Shown here piece by piece: positions 47,026 to 60,868 of a stretch of 64,000 nucleotides of DNA. The first letter of the stretch is position 1. Every line of letters starts with the position of its first letter. Below the pieces are notes generated by a model. It saw only the letters and a program-made list of their open reading frames with translations. It was not told the origin of the DNA and ran no database searches. The position numbers and the translations under genes were made by a program. This DNA comes from Chlorokybus atmophyticus (Eukaryota; Plantae; Mesostigma and Chlorokybus algae): positions 1 to 64,000 of the forward strand of contig RHPI01000818.1 in the NCBI GenBank assembly GCA_009103225.1, given 5' to 3'.

Positions 47026-50000
47026 TCACAACTGAATGCAGTTGGCAGGTGATGACCCCTTCTTGAAGCCCCGCCCTGCGCCTTGAGCGGGGTTTGTGCT
47101 GCTTGCAGGCAGGCCTGCGGGTAACGCCACAGAAGACGCTTGCACTGCGGGGATTGCGGGCGATGGTGTGGCTGTGGTGACTGGCATAACCACGGGTTGG
47201 GAACTCAACGGTGACAGCATCTCCGCCGCATTTGCCATTGTCGCGGCGCCCTTGCCACGACCAGCTGCATCCTGTGCAACATTTACATGTTTGTAAAACA
47301 AGTTTGAAACCCAACAGTGTCATGTGTATGCTCTCAATGGAGTCTGACCTTGCGTGCTTTTTTTCGACTGGTAGGTGCAGGCGCGGCCTCATATGGTGGT
47401 GAAGCAGCAAAGGTTGCCGGAATCGCAACAGCGGCTGCAGATGGCTTCTTCCTTTTTGCTGGCGGCCTTGCGGGCTTTGGTGACGGCACTGGTTGTGCAT
47501 CCATCTGCGTACACAAACAGGACACACCCCAGTTACACATTCTGAGCAAGAGTTTTGTGCCAGTTCTATCAGAACCATGTGTACTGACCTGTGATGGCAA
47601 GTACTGAAGCGGAGATATTCTTGGCCCGCCAGACGTGGCCTGAAGAGTACATAAATACATAAGTAGTGCTTAAGCATAAGTGCACTACCGCACAGCCTTA
47701 AGCAAGTGCAACACAGTCAACATTGGCAAGTCTCAGAGACAGACCTGAACAAGCTGGCTGAGCGAGCTTTGGGTGGAAGGGGGCGGGCTTTGTCCGGCAC
47801 CTGCAGAGGCCAATCCAGCAGCAGTAGCAAGGATCTGCGCGCGGGAGGATACACCACCAGCTGCCGCGGCCGCGGCAGCATTGGTGGCAGTGAGGTTGTT
47901 GTTGCTGGTGTGGGTGACGGGCCCGACAGGCGTGGTGGGTGTGTCCTTGGTCTTACGCTGCCGCGGCTTGTGAGGTCGCTCAGGCGCCAGCTTGGGCATA
48001 CCGGTGGCTGGCGGCACAAGTTGTCTGCCAGGCTTGCCATCTTTTGCATACGCTTTCAGAGTATCCAAGCCGCTGCTTGTGACAAAACCCAGTGAGTTGA
48101 TGCGATACAGCACTCGGGCAACCACATGAAAGGAGTCAAGGAGAAGTACAAAGCTAACCTGTTGCTTGTAAGCTCATGGCACAGGCTGAAGAGATCCACC
48201 CACGTGCTGGTGTTGCCGTAACAGTCCATGAGGTAGCGGAGAGTGCACCCAATGCGCAGCAGCTGCAATTGTTACAGACTCAATACTTGTACATAAAGGT
48301 TTTCTCTGTACACATTAACGAAGTAACAAACAGCGCAGTCAACCTGTGTATGCAGCAGCTCCGTGAGCACATTAACGGCACCCGCCTGCATGCCATCAAA
48401 CCCGCCCTTCTTGATGATCTTCGCAACGCACACGCGAAGCGCCTGCCATGCACACTGGTTAAGAAGCATGCAGTGTGCAAGCATGATACTGCAGTGCAAG
48501 CCAGGCCATACCGGCAAGTGCGTCGCATCATCCCCACCAGAAGCGGTTGCATGGATTGAACGGAAAGGCTTCTGGTCAGCTCTCACTGACGATGGTGCAG
48601 AGGTTCCCGCCTGGGAGCCGCTTTGCAACCGATGTTGCAGCTCATCAAGAAAGTTAGGTGCAGTGCTGGCCTGCAGGTCCGGCACGCTCGCGCTCACGGG
48701 TGCAATCTCAGGTAAGAAAATTTGTTCGAGCGGGCTGATGAGAAGACCGTTGGCGGCCGAGTCATCTTCAGTCTTTACCCGAATAACATCGCCAGTCTTC
48801 ACACCAGTGCTTGCAGATGCAAAGGCAGCCATGCCTCGGGCGCTTCTCATCACGGCATGCTGCTCAGCAAACGGGAGCTCTGTTTGCGCCATGCGTTGGG
48901 CGAGAAGCTCCATACGAAGCGGAAGTGTTCGCCATCGCCATACGTAATCGCTTGCCTGCAAAGCTCCAACTTCTTCACCACCATCACGCGCAATCTGCTG
49001 CGCTTCATCCTGCGACCAGTGCACTTGCGCAACCCTCACGCTGGACACTTCAGCGTGCACGGGCTCATAACGATCATCTCTATCTGATTCACTGGCCTCC
49101 TGTCGTGCAAGAGAGGAATGAGTTGCTATTGCACGCGCACACACTTGTTGTCATTATTCTGCTTCACATTGAGAGCAGCAAACCTCATCCTGCGGGCTGC
49201 TGTGCAAGCGCTGTTCTGGGCTGCCGGCAGCAGATGAGGTGGGTGTGGACGTGGATTGTCGTTTGGTATTGTTGGCTTCGCGCGCTGTGGCTAAAGAAGC
49301 TTCATGCACGGAAGCTCGCTGCGCTGCTGTGGGGTTCACTTCGATTGCTGGCACCAGTTTCAACAGCTGCTTTGCCTTGTTGCCCAGCGCATTCGCATAA
49401 CGCACGTACAGAGAGCCCTGTTATGGCCAGCAATCAAACACCAGCTTTGATGATGATGGTACGTCAAGGCTGCAGATGTATGCACCTCAAAGCACAATAC
49501 CTTTTCATTGTACTCTCTGCAGTTATTGACAATCAAGTCTATGTCATGTTGGAACTCGTCCTTGCCAAAGTACCTGAGAGGGCACATGTAAACAGCTGCA
49601 CACTCACACACATGCAAGCAACTAGACTAGCTTGCTCATCAAGGCAGCAGTACTGCTTACTTGCAAGCTTTCAGCTTCTTGGTCATTGTGCCAAGATCCA
49701 TTGGCTGCTTTATCACTGGGCACAGCAACAAAGTGTCATACCAGCATGCGTATCATTAGGTACTGAGTGTGTAACAGGGTACCTGTATAGTAGTCCCATG
49801 CCTCCGACTTCTTGACCGGCTTCAGAAACGGGGCCGAGGCAGCCTGCGTAAAAGCAGGAGCGTTGTGAGAAACCTGCCTGGCTCCTTACTTTGTCCCAAT
49901 GCAAATCGCTAGTACGACTTAGCTCCCACTTTTAACTCAAGGTCCAACATGACAAATTCAACAACGTGTACATTTGCAATACCCCCATGTCTTTCAGCTC

Positions 50001-51949
50001 GGCCAGCACAGGGTCCAAGGCGTCCAGCAGTTCTGCCTACCAGCATGACGCTTACTTTACGATCAACAAGCTGATAGTCACGATGGTTGGTGACACGCAT
50101 GCAACGCTCAAGTTGCTTTACCTGCAAATCTGAGATGACATGAAGCCAATTCTTTGCCTGCAATACCATCCATCAGCACTGCTGCTCGATCATCACGAAG
50201 GCAGTGCCTGTATATAACATACCGGTTTGACATCAGGCAACAAGGAGGTGAGTTCTCGATAGACTCTGCTGCGCTTGTGGCTTTGTGAGGAGCCAGACAC
50301 GCCTCCTTTCCTGGTTTAATGCACAATACACTTGAGCAAAACATCATAAGCCCACACATACACGCTCACATCAACTTACGCGTGTGCCGCATGCACATAG
50401 CCGTGCTGATCGCAACCAGGGCGATACTGCATGGAACACGACAAGGTTTACACAGAGGTTGGACAGCAGCTGCTTCAACCACAACAGCAGTGGATGGGCT
50501 AAACAGCACCTTCTGCAAGAGGGCTGCGAGTGTGGGTGAGTTCCGTGCGCTGAGGCGCTCCCAGTCCGCCGCGTCGTGCTCCAGCGTGTGGTACATGCTG
50601 TCGAGACGCAGCGCATCGCCTTCCCCAGAGAGGAGAAAAGAGGACACAAGCACACAAACACGGGGTGAGTTGCGTCCTCCATGCATGCAGACGCATGCAT
50701 GGTTGTATAAGCATGCAACCACCGCCTAGACTGACCACCAAGCTGCGTGTATTGTTGTCAACACTGTTGTTGAATGTGAGCGGGNNNNNNNNNNNNNNNN
50801 NNNNNNNNNNNNNNNNNNNNNNNNNNNNNNNNNNNNNNNNNNNNNNNNNNNNNNNNNNNNNNNNNNNNNNNNNNNNNNNNNNNNNNNNNNNNNNNNNNNN
50901 NNNNNNNNNNNNNNNNNNNNNNNNNNNNNNNNNNNNNNNNNNNNNNNNNNNNNNNNNNNNNNNNNNNNNNNNNNNNNNNNNNNNNNNNNNNNNNNNNNNN
51001 NNNNNNNNNNNNNNNNNNNNNNNNNNNNNNNNNNNNNNNNNNNNNNNNNNNNNNNNNNNNNNNNNNNNNNNNNNNNNNNNNNNNNNNNNNNNNNNNNNNN
51101 NNNNNNNNNNNNNNNNNNNNNNNNNNNNNNNNNNNNNNNNNNNNNNNNNNNNNNNNNNNNNNNNNNNNNNNNNNNNNNNNNNNNNNNNNNNNNNNNNNNN
51201 NNNNNNNNNNNNNNNNNNNNNNNNNNNNNNNNNNNNNNNNNNNNNNNNNNNNNNNNNNNNNNNNNNNNNNNNNNNNNNNNNNNNNNNNNNNNNNNNNNNN
51301 NNNNNNNNNNGGGGGGCAAGTGACAGCTGTACAGTTGTATGCCTGATACCTGTGCGGTGGGCACTGGCACATCTATACATGCTTAACACGGCAAGTAGCG
51401 TTTGCATGCCAACCGTCGCTTAACACAGTGACGTCACAAGTGTAAAGTGGTGAACCATGGTTGTGAGCCCGGTCTCACATACCAGTGTTCTGCCTACACT
51501 ATCACTCACAACAAAACAACCGTGCACTCGACATAGGTTGACGCATGCAGCTCAGGAGTACAAGATGCTGAAACCACTTTTGTTATAAGCGTCATGATAC
51601 TGCAAACGCCTGAGCTGAACCACACCGTAACAGCAGCATTAACAACCACCTCCTGCTGCTCACCAGCGGCGGCATGTGGAGGCTGCAGCAGGCTGTCGAA
51701 CAGCAATGCCCTGACGCGAAGCTGCAGCTTGACGTCCACAACGCTATGAGGGGAGACACCCTCACCAGCCTGGTCACCGACGCCCTGATTAGCGAGGAGA
51801 AAGGCCTGCCAGGCTGCAGGGGAGATCAGGTGCGGGCGCAGGGCCTCCTGCTCCGGCTCCGTCAGCCAGCAGCTCCAGGCGCCGGACTCCGCCAGCTGGC
51901 GAGCCCTTGCGTAGCCGCATAGGCCTCCTGACCCGTCTCCGCCTCCCAT
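47026..51949 (-). CDS. SPT7: Spt7-like SAGA subunit: bromodomain plus bromo-associated histone fold, multi-exon, spans an N gap
   Basis: MYHTLEHD. Spliced bromodomain [27 protein letters not shown]...FQHDIDLIVNNCREYN. Histone fold LRVCVAKIIKKGGFDGMQAGAVNVLTELL. Start and end are approximate. Confidence 0.7.
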
Positions 51950-52203
51950 AGACGGCCCCTCAAGCCGCTAACGCCGACGCCGACGCCGACGCCAACCCCG
52001 CCAACCCGCTCGCCAGCCATGCCCACACTGATCCATATCAATCCACACTGATCCGTAATGCAAGCACAATGTGGATCATACGTCCCGTTGGATTCAGTGA
52101 ACACAGTAGGGTTTTGGCGGGAAAGTTGTCGCAAGCGGCGGAGGCGGAGGTGGAGGTGGAGGCAGAGCAGGAGGTGGGGCAGGACGTGGAGAGTCAGACG
52201 GAT

Positions 52204-54664
52204 ATGGCTGCTTCAGGTGACGTGGCGTCGTTGCCGAGCCGAAGTTACAAGACGCGCGGAGGACGCAGGCGAGCACGGAGTGTTGTTGTTGGTCTGTGCT
52301 ATGTCAATTTGTGTGGGTGCTTGTGTGAGTGCGTGGCTTCTTGTTTCTGTTTTGTTCTTTGCACTTGTGTCTCACTGTGTGTATACACGAGTGCAGTCCG
52401 ATGAACTACAATACTTCAGTGCATGCATGACAATCACGTCAACTTGATCAGCATTCCATCGGCTGCCAAAATCAAGTCTGTCTGACTGGTTTGCCATGTG
52501 TTTTCAGGGCAGTGTCGGATCAGCAGCGCAGGCGCGAATTTGCTCTTCAACGGCAAGGATCTGGCCGCCGCAACTTGCAAAACCTCGCCCGCAAAATCGC
52601 CTTTGACTACGCTGGAGAGGAGGACGGCTTGGAGGAAGAGGAGCAGGAAGAGTATGACGAGAGGGGTCAGCAGCAGCATGAGGGAGGTGTTGATGAGCCG
52701 CCCAGCACCTCTGCTTCAGATGAGCACATGGCGGTGGATAAACATCACGCCCGCGATGACACGACAACAGTAACGAAGCGAGGAGGCAGGGTTGGAACAG
52801 GGAGCTACCTCTGGGGTCAGGCAGGTGAGAGACCATCAGCATGCACCGTGCGCTTGCGTGCGTGCGTGCACATAACAACGTGTGTAAACATGCGCGTAAA
52901 TACTCGAGTGTGCGTGCATGTGCACGTGCGTGTGCATCCCAAACGCGGACAGTAGAGACTGCAATTTCAAGCACACATTCTTCTGCAGGTTGGGCGAGAT
53001 GTCAGGTGATGATGCCGGAGTGGATGGTGGATATACCGGTGGACTTGGGCGGGGAGGGCTGGCTGGTGCTGCCGCGGCCAGAGGGACAGCGGTGTATGGT
53101 GGTGTCGTCGGGAGGCGCGACGGTGAGCCGCGTGGCGCGCCGCGGCAACCGCATACTTCACCGCTTCCCCTCGCGCCTCCCCGGCGGCGCCCGCGGCAAC
53201 CCCTCCGGCGCCGATGACTACTCTATCCTCGACTGCATCTTCCACGCGGTGCGTGGACAAACACATGCATACGAGCACATGCACTCACAGGTGGGCGTCC
53301 ACAGACACATGCATGACATGCGCACATGCATGCATACACACGCACGCACGCATGTTTAATGCTCGCTCAGTCGTTAGCTTGTATGTGAGAGAGGGAGTTG
53401 AAGATACTACATGTGAGCGTATGAGTTGTTTACTGGAGTGAAGCCTTGCATATAATATGGTAAAACACATTTGCACACCAGGCCCCTCCATTTTGGGATG
53501 TGATGCCATGTGCAGGCGGATCAGACGTACTATGTTTTGGACATGTTGTGTTGGAACGGGGTGTCGTTCTACGACTGCTCGGCAGACTTCCGTGTCTGCT
53601 GGGCGCAGTCGAAGCTAGATGAGTGCGGCGCCACGAACCCACCATCGCACAAACACAAGTTCCGCTTCGCAGCTGTGCCATCGTACCCCTGCGATGCCGT
53701 TGCTTTGCAACGCGCCTACGAAGGAGCCGTGCCTTTTACCAGGGACGGCCTCATATTCTACAACAAGTGAGTGTGGGCGTGGGCGTGGGCGTGGGTTGGT
53801 GTGTTGGCCCGAAATACACGTTAAGCACATTTGTGACTGATGCTTGTCGTAGGCAGGCACACTATGTGCTCGGATTTACTCCGCTAATGCTGCTTTGGAA
53901 AGACACACACTGCAGTCAGTACTTTGTTGAGACCGATGCCCAAGGCAACGTGCCCACGCGCCAACAGGTTGTTGGTTTCTCATAACGCCCGCTGTCGGTA
54001 AAGACTGAGCCCTCACGTGTTATGCATGCAGGTGCTGCTGCAGCTGTTGATAGACGGCACGGTTGGGACGGGAGATGATCCACCTGCTGTACTGGGATCA
54101 ATCCCGGCAGCATTTCTGCAGCAGGTGACGCCACATGTATAGTTTGGAATATATTTCCAATTAGTGCAGCCTATCATGCTGTTCATACACTGTCGGATTG
54201 TACAACATCTCATGGCACTGATGCACGTTTAATAGCATTTAGAGTAACCACCAACTGTGCGCACATGCCGCAGCACAAGGATGCGTTGAGGCCAGGAACC
54301 CTGCTGAGGTTTGAGGTTGGCGACAAGGGTCTGGTCCTTGATGACGATGGCAAGCTCGTTGCGGCCGATATCAGCTTCGTGGGCGTCGCAGCCAAAGCAC
54401 GCAGAGACGCCGACAGCTTCACAAAGGTGAAAGTGATGGTTATGTGCTTGTCGTGTCACTTTACTCGCTTCAGCATGACAAAGTGGCATTTGACACATTA
54501 AGTGTGTGCACACTGTCCAGGTGATGTTTCAGTATGCTGCTCGCCACGACCCCCTGGACATTCACCAGCTGATGGCGCAAGTGGAATCGGAGATGATAAC
54601 GGAGAGCAACGGCGTGGATAGTGTCCAGTCTTCTCGAAGACAATCTTTGATGGAAGTGGTTTGA
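52204..54664 (+). CDS. SNUPN: Snurportin-1 (m3G-cap snRNP import adaptor), multi-exon
   Basis: AVSDQQRRREFAL.RQ, MMPEWMVDIP.DL...WLVLPRPEGQRC.VVS, YSILDCIFH, YYVLDMLCWNG..FYDC.ADFR, RDGLIFYNK.AHY..G.TPL.LLWKD..CSQY and ADSFTKVMFQY. The first intron appears to be GC-AG. Confidence 0.93.
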
Positions 54665-55633
54665 TATTGATTGTCAGCTGGCATGGCTGACTGCACTGCT
54701 TGAAAACTGCGTCTGCCATGTGTCATGATGTATGCTGCATGAACTGCACCAGCGAGTCCTTAGTGTAGTCGCTGAGGATGTGTTCCAGCTGCCGAGTACC
54801 CTAGTCCACATATCTATTGACTGCAACCAGTGTCATTAGTAATCAATAACATGACATGTTCTTGACCTGAGGCTCGCTGCGGACATTGAGGCCCCTCGAA
54901 CCAATTATGCCAATGAAGCGTCTTGACACTACCGGTAGTACAGAGAGTCTGCAGCTTCTACGGTGAGTAGCCCTGCCGGGGCGTGTCGGCCCCTATGAAG
55001 ATGTCCAAGTAACCATTCACTCTCTCTATATATAATTGTGTGTAGCGTGCTGTGCTGCTCTACCTCACACACGGTTATGCTAAGTATTCCGGTGCGAAAT
55101 AAGGCATGTCTTTTTTTGTGCCTCTTCACCTCCTGCAGCACTTCCATAAGATGCGTGTACAGGATATGCGCGCGGTAGTTGTAGACATGCACTACACAGA
55201 CAGCAGCATACCAAGCTCGCTAGTATACACCACCACCGTGCTATATGCACTAATCATTCACATCGAATTCACTACACTACTCTAGACTTCCCCGTTAAAC
55301 ATGCATGCATGCATGTTAGTGGTTAATTACCTGCTCATATGGGCTGTACACACAATGCGACATGCATATGCGCATGCATCGGGCCTGCAATCATCAGTAC
55401 AACAAGAGTGCATGTCACTGCATGTCACTCACCATACAACTACAAAGACAACCACCGGGCTCTAGCACGCACCTGCGTGCTACCTACTTTCTACCTCTAT
55501 CGCCCCCCTGTCAGTCATGCATGCGCATGCAATTGCAGCCTTGGGGGGGATCGCACCGGTATGCACGATGCGTATGCTAGCATACGTGGCACATACGCAC
55601 ACACTCACGCAATGACCATAATCAAGCCAAAGG

Positions 55634-56098
<465 letters not shown>

Positions 56099-56116
56099 GC
56101 TTCTGCATGCGCGCGC

Positions 56117-56740
56117 ATGTGTCTCTGCTTGTGTGTTCGCTCTCCAGCCACCAGCCGGTGGGACCAGGACTCGGGCCCGTTATCGTGGCTAACACACTGG
56201 CATCGACTGCACAAGGTCCAGCTCGCAGCGAAGTACCGCTCCTTCTTGTGGTTGCTCTCACATAGAGCACTGCACACAGGCAACAGGTTAGCCAAAATGG
56301 GCTTTCCCAGCGAATGCGTGCTGTTTTCGCACGCCTGCACAGAGTCCCCTGAGCATTTGTTTCTGCACTGCCCCGTGGTCAGCGAGGTGTGGGCCCCACA
56401 CCGGGTGTGGGTGTGGGTTGCTAGTTTCTGGCGCAGTCTTGGCGGCAAACCGTTCTTGATCTCTTTTCCTCAGCTCCTGTTCCACAACACGTTTCCCAGC
56501 TCTCACCAGTCGCTGCGCCATGATTGGCTGACCATATGTGCACTAACTCTGTGGCACGTATGGGTAGCTAGATGTCGGGTGATGTACTCAGGTTCGTCCG
56601 CATCCTCTCTTGCCATTGTGTGCACACTGGCACACAGTCTTCACACACGGGCGAAGGAGGAGTAGCAGGCTGTTGCGTCCTCTCCCTTGCATCTAGATGT
56701 TCGTCTCTCCAGATTCTACACCTTCCATGACTCCTGGGCC
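56117..56740 (+). mobile_element. 5'-truncated L1/Tx1-type LINE fragment (zf-RVT region and 3' end)
   Basis: KYRSFLWLLSHRALHTG.RL...C......ESPEHLFLHCP...VW and LWHVWVARC. Confidence 0.8.
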
Positions 56741-57399
56741 CGAAACTCAGTCATCTGCTCCCCGGTGTGGGAGTTTCCTTAGCCTCCTATAGAGTGGCAT
56801 ATGCTAGACACGTGTACCCGAATGCATGCAGATGATTGGTAGTGCCACCTCAGCTGCTGATTCTTTGGTAGCTGTACTAGTGCCTGTAGAACAGAATTCT
56901 TGCATGTGTTTCTAAGTATGATGCTTGTTTGGGTAAAAACAAATGGGATAAATCACGAGATGTTACATGCAAGTTTGGAGTGCTGCCCAAGGTGACATGA
57001 TAACTGATCACTCTCTTGAAGATGAGCTTGCATGTAACATTTTGTGAAATCAATGTGCACCATAATTTTAGTGATCGAATGCTTCGATACACGCATCCTT
57101 GGAAAAATGCACACACGAGCATCAAACAATGTGTACAGGAACATCGTATGATGCAGATGGCAAATGTTTGCCAAAACACATGACAAATCTCAAATGCCGT
57201 AAAATTCAAAAAGTTGATAGAACGCAATATAGTCAGAGTGGTAAATGTTTGCAAAAACACACTATTTGTAAATTGAATAACAAACACATCGTATCAGAAG
57301 TGGACATAACAAATTCACGATTGGATGTCCTCAATCTTGTGTAAATTGATATAATCTCATCCTAATGATGTTGTAGTTGGAAAACTTCCTAATTCAGTT

Positions 57400-59470
57400 G
57401 TTTGCAACTTGTTTTTTATGTAATGATTTTCGAAACAACTTCGTCCACGAGTTGTCCCCCCGGATCGCGCAACACGCCAGTGCTACATTGATCATATCCT
57501 CATCTTCAGCCACACCGTCGAAGCTCACGTGCAGCACATCAAGGAGGTGTTGCAACGCCTAAAAAAACACGGGCTCACAGCAAACTCTGACAAGATTCCA
57601 TACCTCGACCACCTTATCGTTCTCGATGGGGTGGTGCAGTAGGCAACAGTGGATGCGTTACTGAAGGTGCCACCACCCACGGAAATCTTGCATCTGCGCG
57701 CCTTCTTTGGTTCTGCCAACTATTACCGTCGGTTCGTTTAACTTCTCCGGGTTGGCCGAACCCCTCAATGACCTGATGATGATCCCATCCTGGTGCGCCC
57801 TAACTATATCAAGCCCTTCATACTTCACACAGACTGGAGCCGGCTGCGGCTGGGTGCGGTGCTTTCCCGAAGAACAACGAGGGTAAGGAGCAAGTCATTG
57901 CTTACGCCAGTCGGGGCAATAATGCTACGACAGCCAACTACATTAGCTATAAAGAGGAGCAGGTTGCAGTTGTTTGGGCCATTCGGTTCTTTCGGCCATT
58001 CCTTCTTGGTTGCTAGTTTAAACTGGCTACTGAGCATTAGCCCCTTGCAGTGGCTTCTCACCAGCAACAAACTCACTAGCAAGCACGCGCGCTGGCTTTC
58101 AAAGCAAGTTGATGCTGCAGAAATACAACTTCACCATTACCCACCAGCCAGCCATTGTCAATACTGATGCCGATGGTCTAAATCGCAACCCCAATCCCGA
58201 CATGGTGGATGCCACTTACGCTCGATGCAACGGCGACACGCCTCGCAAGCACGCCATGTTGGTCGTGGCAACCGGCATATGTATACGCACCGAGGCCCGC
58301 AACCCAATGCTCCGGGCCATCATACCCCCTATAGGTGAAAGAGACATCTAGACAGCTGAGCTCACCTTGAAGCTGGTCTGTAACGAACCACTAGGCCACA
58401 AAAGCACGAAGTGTGTTTTGTGGCCATTGTGGCGTTATTATGTAATCGTCCCGTGACATTTGCCCCCCACTTGGGCATATGATGTCCCCATTGGATGTGA
58501 GTGTAACAGGGCATCTCGTCACGTAGCGGTTGAAGCTTTGTAATCATCACTGAGCAGTGCACACTACGCCGCTTGGTGACCAACTTTCAGTCACCGTTAG
58601 CAAGTCGCGCAATACTACCCAGCGGCTTCTGGTATGCGCGACGCGTTGGAATACTCAACTGCCGTTCAGCAAGTCGCGCGTTTCACTGAGCAAATGCATG
58701 CGACCCATCATTTTTGGATAACAGCGATTTCAAGGCCGGCTTTAGCTCGCGCTGAAATACCGCTACACGAGGCCAACACCTTTGCATTCTTTTAGCCCCT
58801 ATTTCCTCATGTTTGGGCGGGAACCTCGGCTACCCTTTTGCGTCCGTCACGCAACACAAGCAGTGAAGGACTTTATCAACAAACCCACTCACATGATGGA
58901 GGTGTTGACAGCCCGAGCTACAGTATTCAAGACCTCTGTGCCCATGGCTTTTGCCAACCTTAAGATTGCGCAACAACGGGACAAGCGGCGCTACACACAC
59001 GTACGTAGCGGGAGCTACATCACACATACACGCAAGTTCTACGTTTGAGATGTGTACCGCAAGAAGTAGACCAAAAACATCTTGGACCCAGCCAACTACG
59101 GCACTGTATAAAAGGTGGTACAAGCGCGCTCAAGGCACCTGTCTTTGCGGGACCCCTTTTACGGCACCGAAGTGGACCACGTGCAAAACTACTTCCCCTA
59201 TCATCTCCCATACGGTAAAGGCCTTGACAAACCCCGTCCGCGTGTTTGGAAGCTGCAGTGCATTGGTTGCGCATTGGATCGTCGGCCGTTACTGCATTGT
59301 GAAATTTGCTATGGATATATGCATGAGGCTTGCAGTCTCGGTGTAACATCTGTTGTCGCCGACCCCAACGTGACGTCTTCCTCTGCCAGCCCACCATGGC
59401 AATGTCACATGTGTCAAGCTCATTGCGAGGACGCCGATGATCAGGCGGGGGGGGAGCTTATTGAATAATC
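57400..59470 (+). mobile_element. Heavily decayed Ty3/Gypsy pol (RT, RNase H, integrase end, PHD finger) of the same lineage as the 1-5882 element
   Basis: CYIDHILIFSH...HIKEVLQRL, KPFILHTDWS, PYFLMFGREPRLP...PMAFANLKIAQQRDKRRYTHVRSG and PHD CIGC...CEIC...HEAC...WQCHMC. Confidence 0.85.
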
Positions 59471-60868
59471 ACAGCCTCATACCAAGCTGAAGGGACCACA
59501 CAGTTCGTTTGTCCCTTACCACTCTCCCTCCCTGCGCTTATTGCCCCATTATCACGAATAACGCCGCCCTCAAGCTCCTTCACTTATCGCCCTTCAAGCT
59601 GTACCGCAGCACCACTTGCTTTGCGCACAAACATACCACACTACATGTGTGTCCCATGCGAGACATGCTTCGCAATCGAGGCTTACTAGCACAACAATAA
59701 GCAAAGCGTGGACACCATGAGTAATGCAACTTTCATGTGTATTGTAAACCTTGACCCTTATACATTTGTCGCCGTCATTGTGCGTGATGGGGCCTACAAT
59801 GGATAAATAATCAATATATATATATACACACACACATGTATATATATTTTTTCTTTTTATATTCACTTGATGGTTGCAACACTCAAACGTGGGACCCAAC
59901 AGTCGCATGTCACCTTACCTATCAGCAGTTTCAACACAACCATGTACACCAAGATGAGCTGTTTGAGTGAAGTAAGTAAAGGAATTGTTTGGTGAACAAT
60001 GTTGATTGGAAACATGATTTATTGTCAACAATGTCTGCCAAGGTACACCGATTGTACCACTGCGAGTCATCTGCATGACAAACTATGACAAGTGCCACGA
60101 AGGCAAGCACGCGGCGTCACTTGACGTTGACGCAACGTCGTTGAGCATCAATTGCCATGCATGCGTTACGGATCACTGCCGCATTCAAAAACGGTTGGTG
60201 GGGACCGGCATCGGTCCAACCGATCCGGTCTTGCGCCAGGTGCGAGACCGGCTGCCCCACTGCGTCAGTGATACGGACTAGCAACTGTTCAGTCGTAAGC
60301 AGTTGAGGCCCAAAATTGCACTGCCCGTCCCATCCTTTCCGCGTGTGCATAAGCTTAGCTAGCAGCCGCGGCAGCAGCAGCAGCAGCAGGCGGCGGCAGG
60401 GGCGGCCCGAGGAGGAGGCTTGGTGCTGGCGACGGCGGCAAGGAGAGCGAGCTTGTTGCTGACATACGGGGGGAGCTGGCTTTGCCTGCCTAGGGTTGCT
60501 ACTCTTAGCTTGCTGGCACGGGGCGAGGCCACGGCAGTGGTCAGTTTGCCACCCCTGGTTGGTTGCACATGCACATACCGCATGAGTTCCTATCTGTCAG
60601 CACCTGCCTTGGGGGCCAGCTGTGGGGCTTGGCGCAGGGTGGGGCCTGGAACCAGTGGCCTATTGAGTGACTCAGGTGCGTGGACTGGCATGGCATACAG
60701 GCCCCCTCACATGCAGAGCAAGTTTTTCTTGCTTGGTGGCTCAATTCTTGCCAATTGGGGTGAAAGGGTTGGCAACTGGGAGGTCGAGGCTGTCAGCATG
60801 CTGAACCACTTGTAATCGCAGAAGCGCAGCAACGCACTGCATGGTCAGATCCTGAAGTTGGAGTTCAA

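Noticed and set aside
56750-57360. AT-rich stretch with Cys-containing short ORFs
   Set aside because: No coherent motif or repeat structure could be supported.
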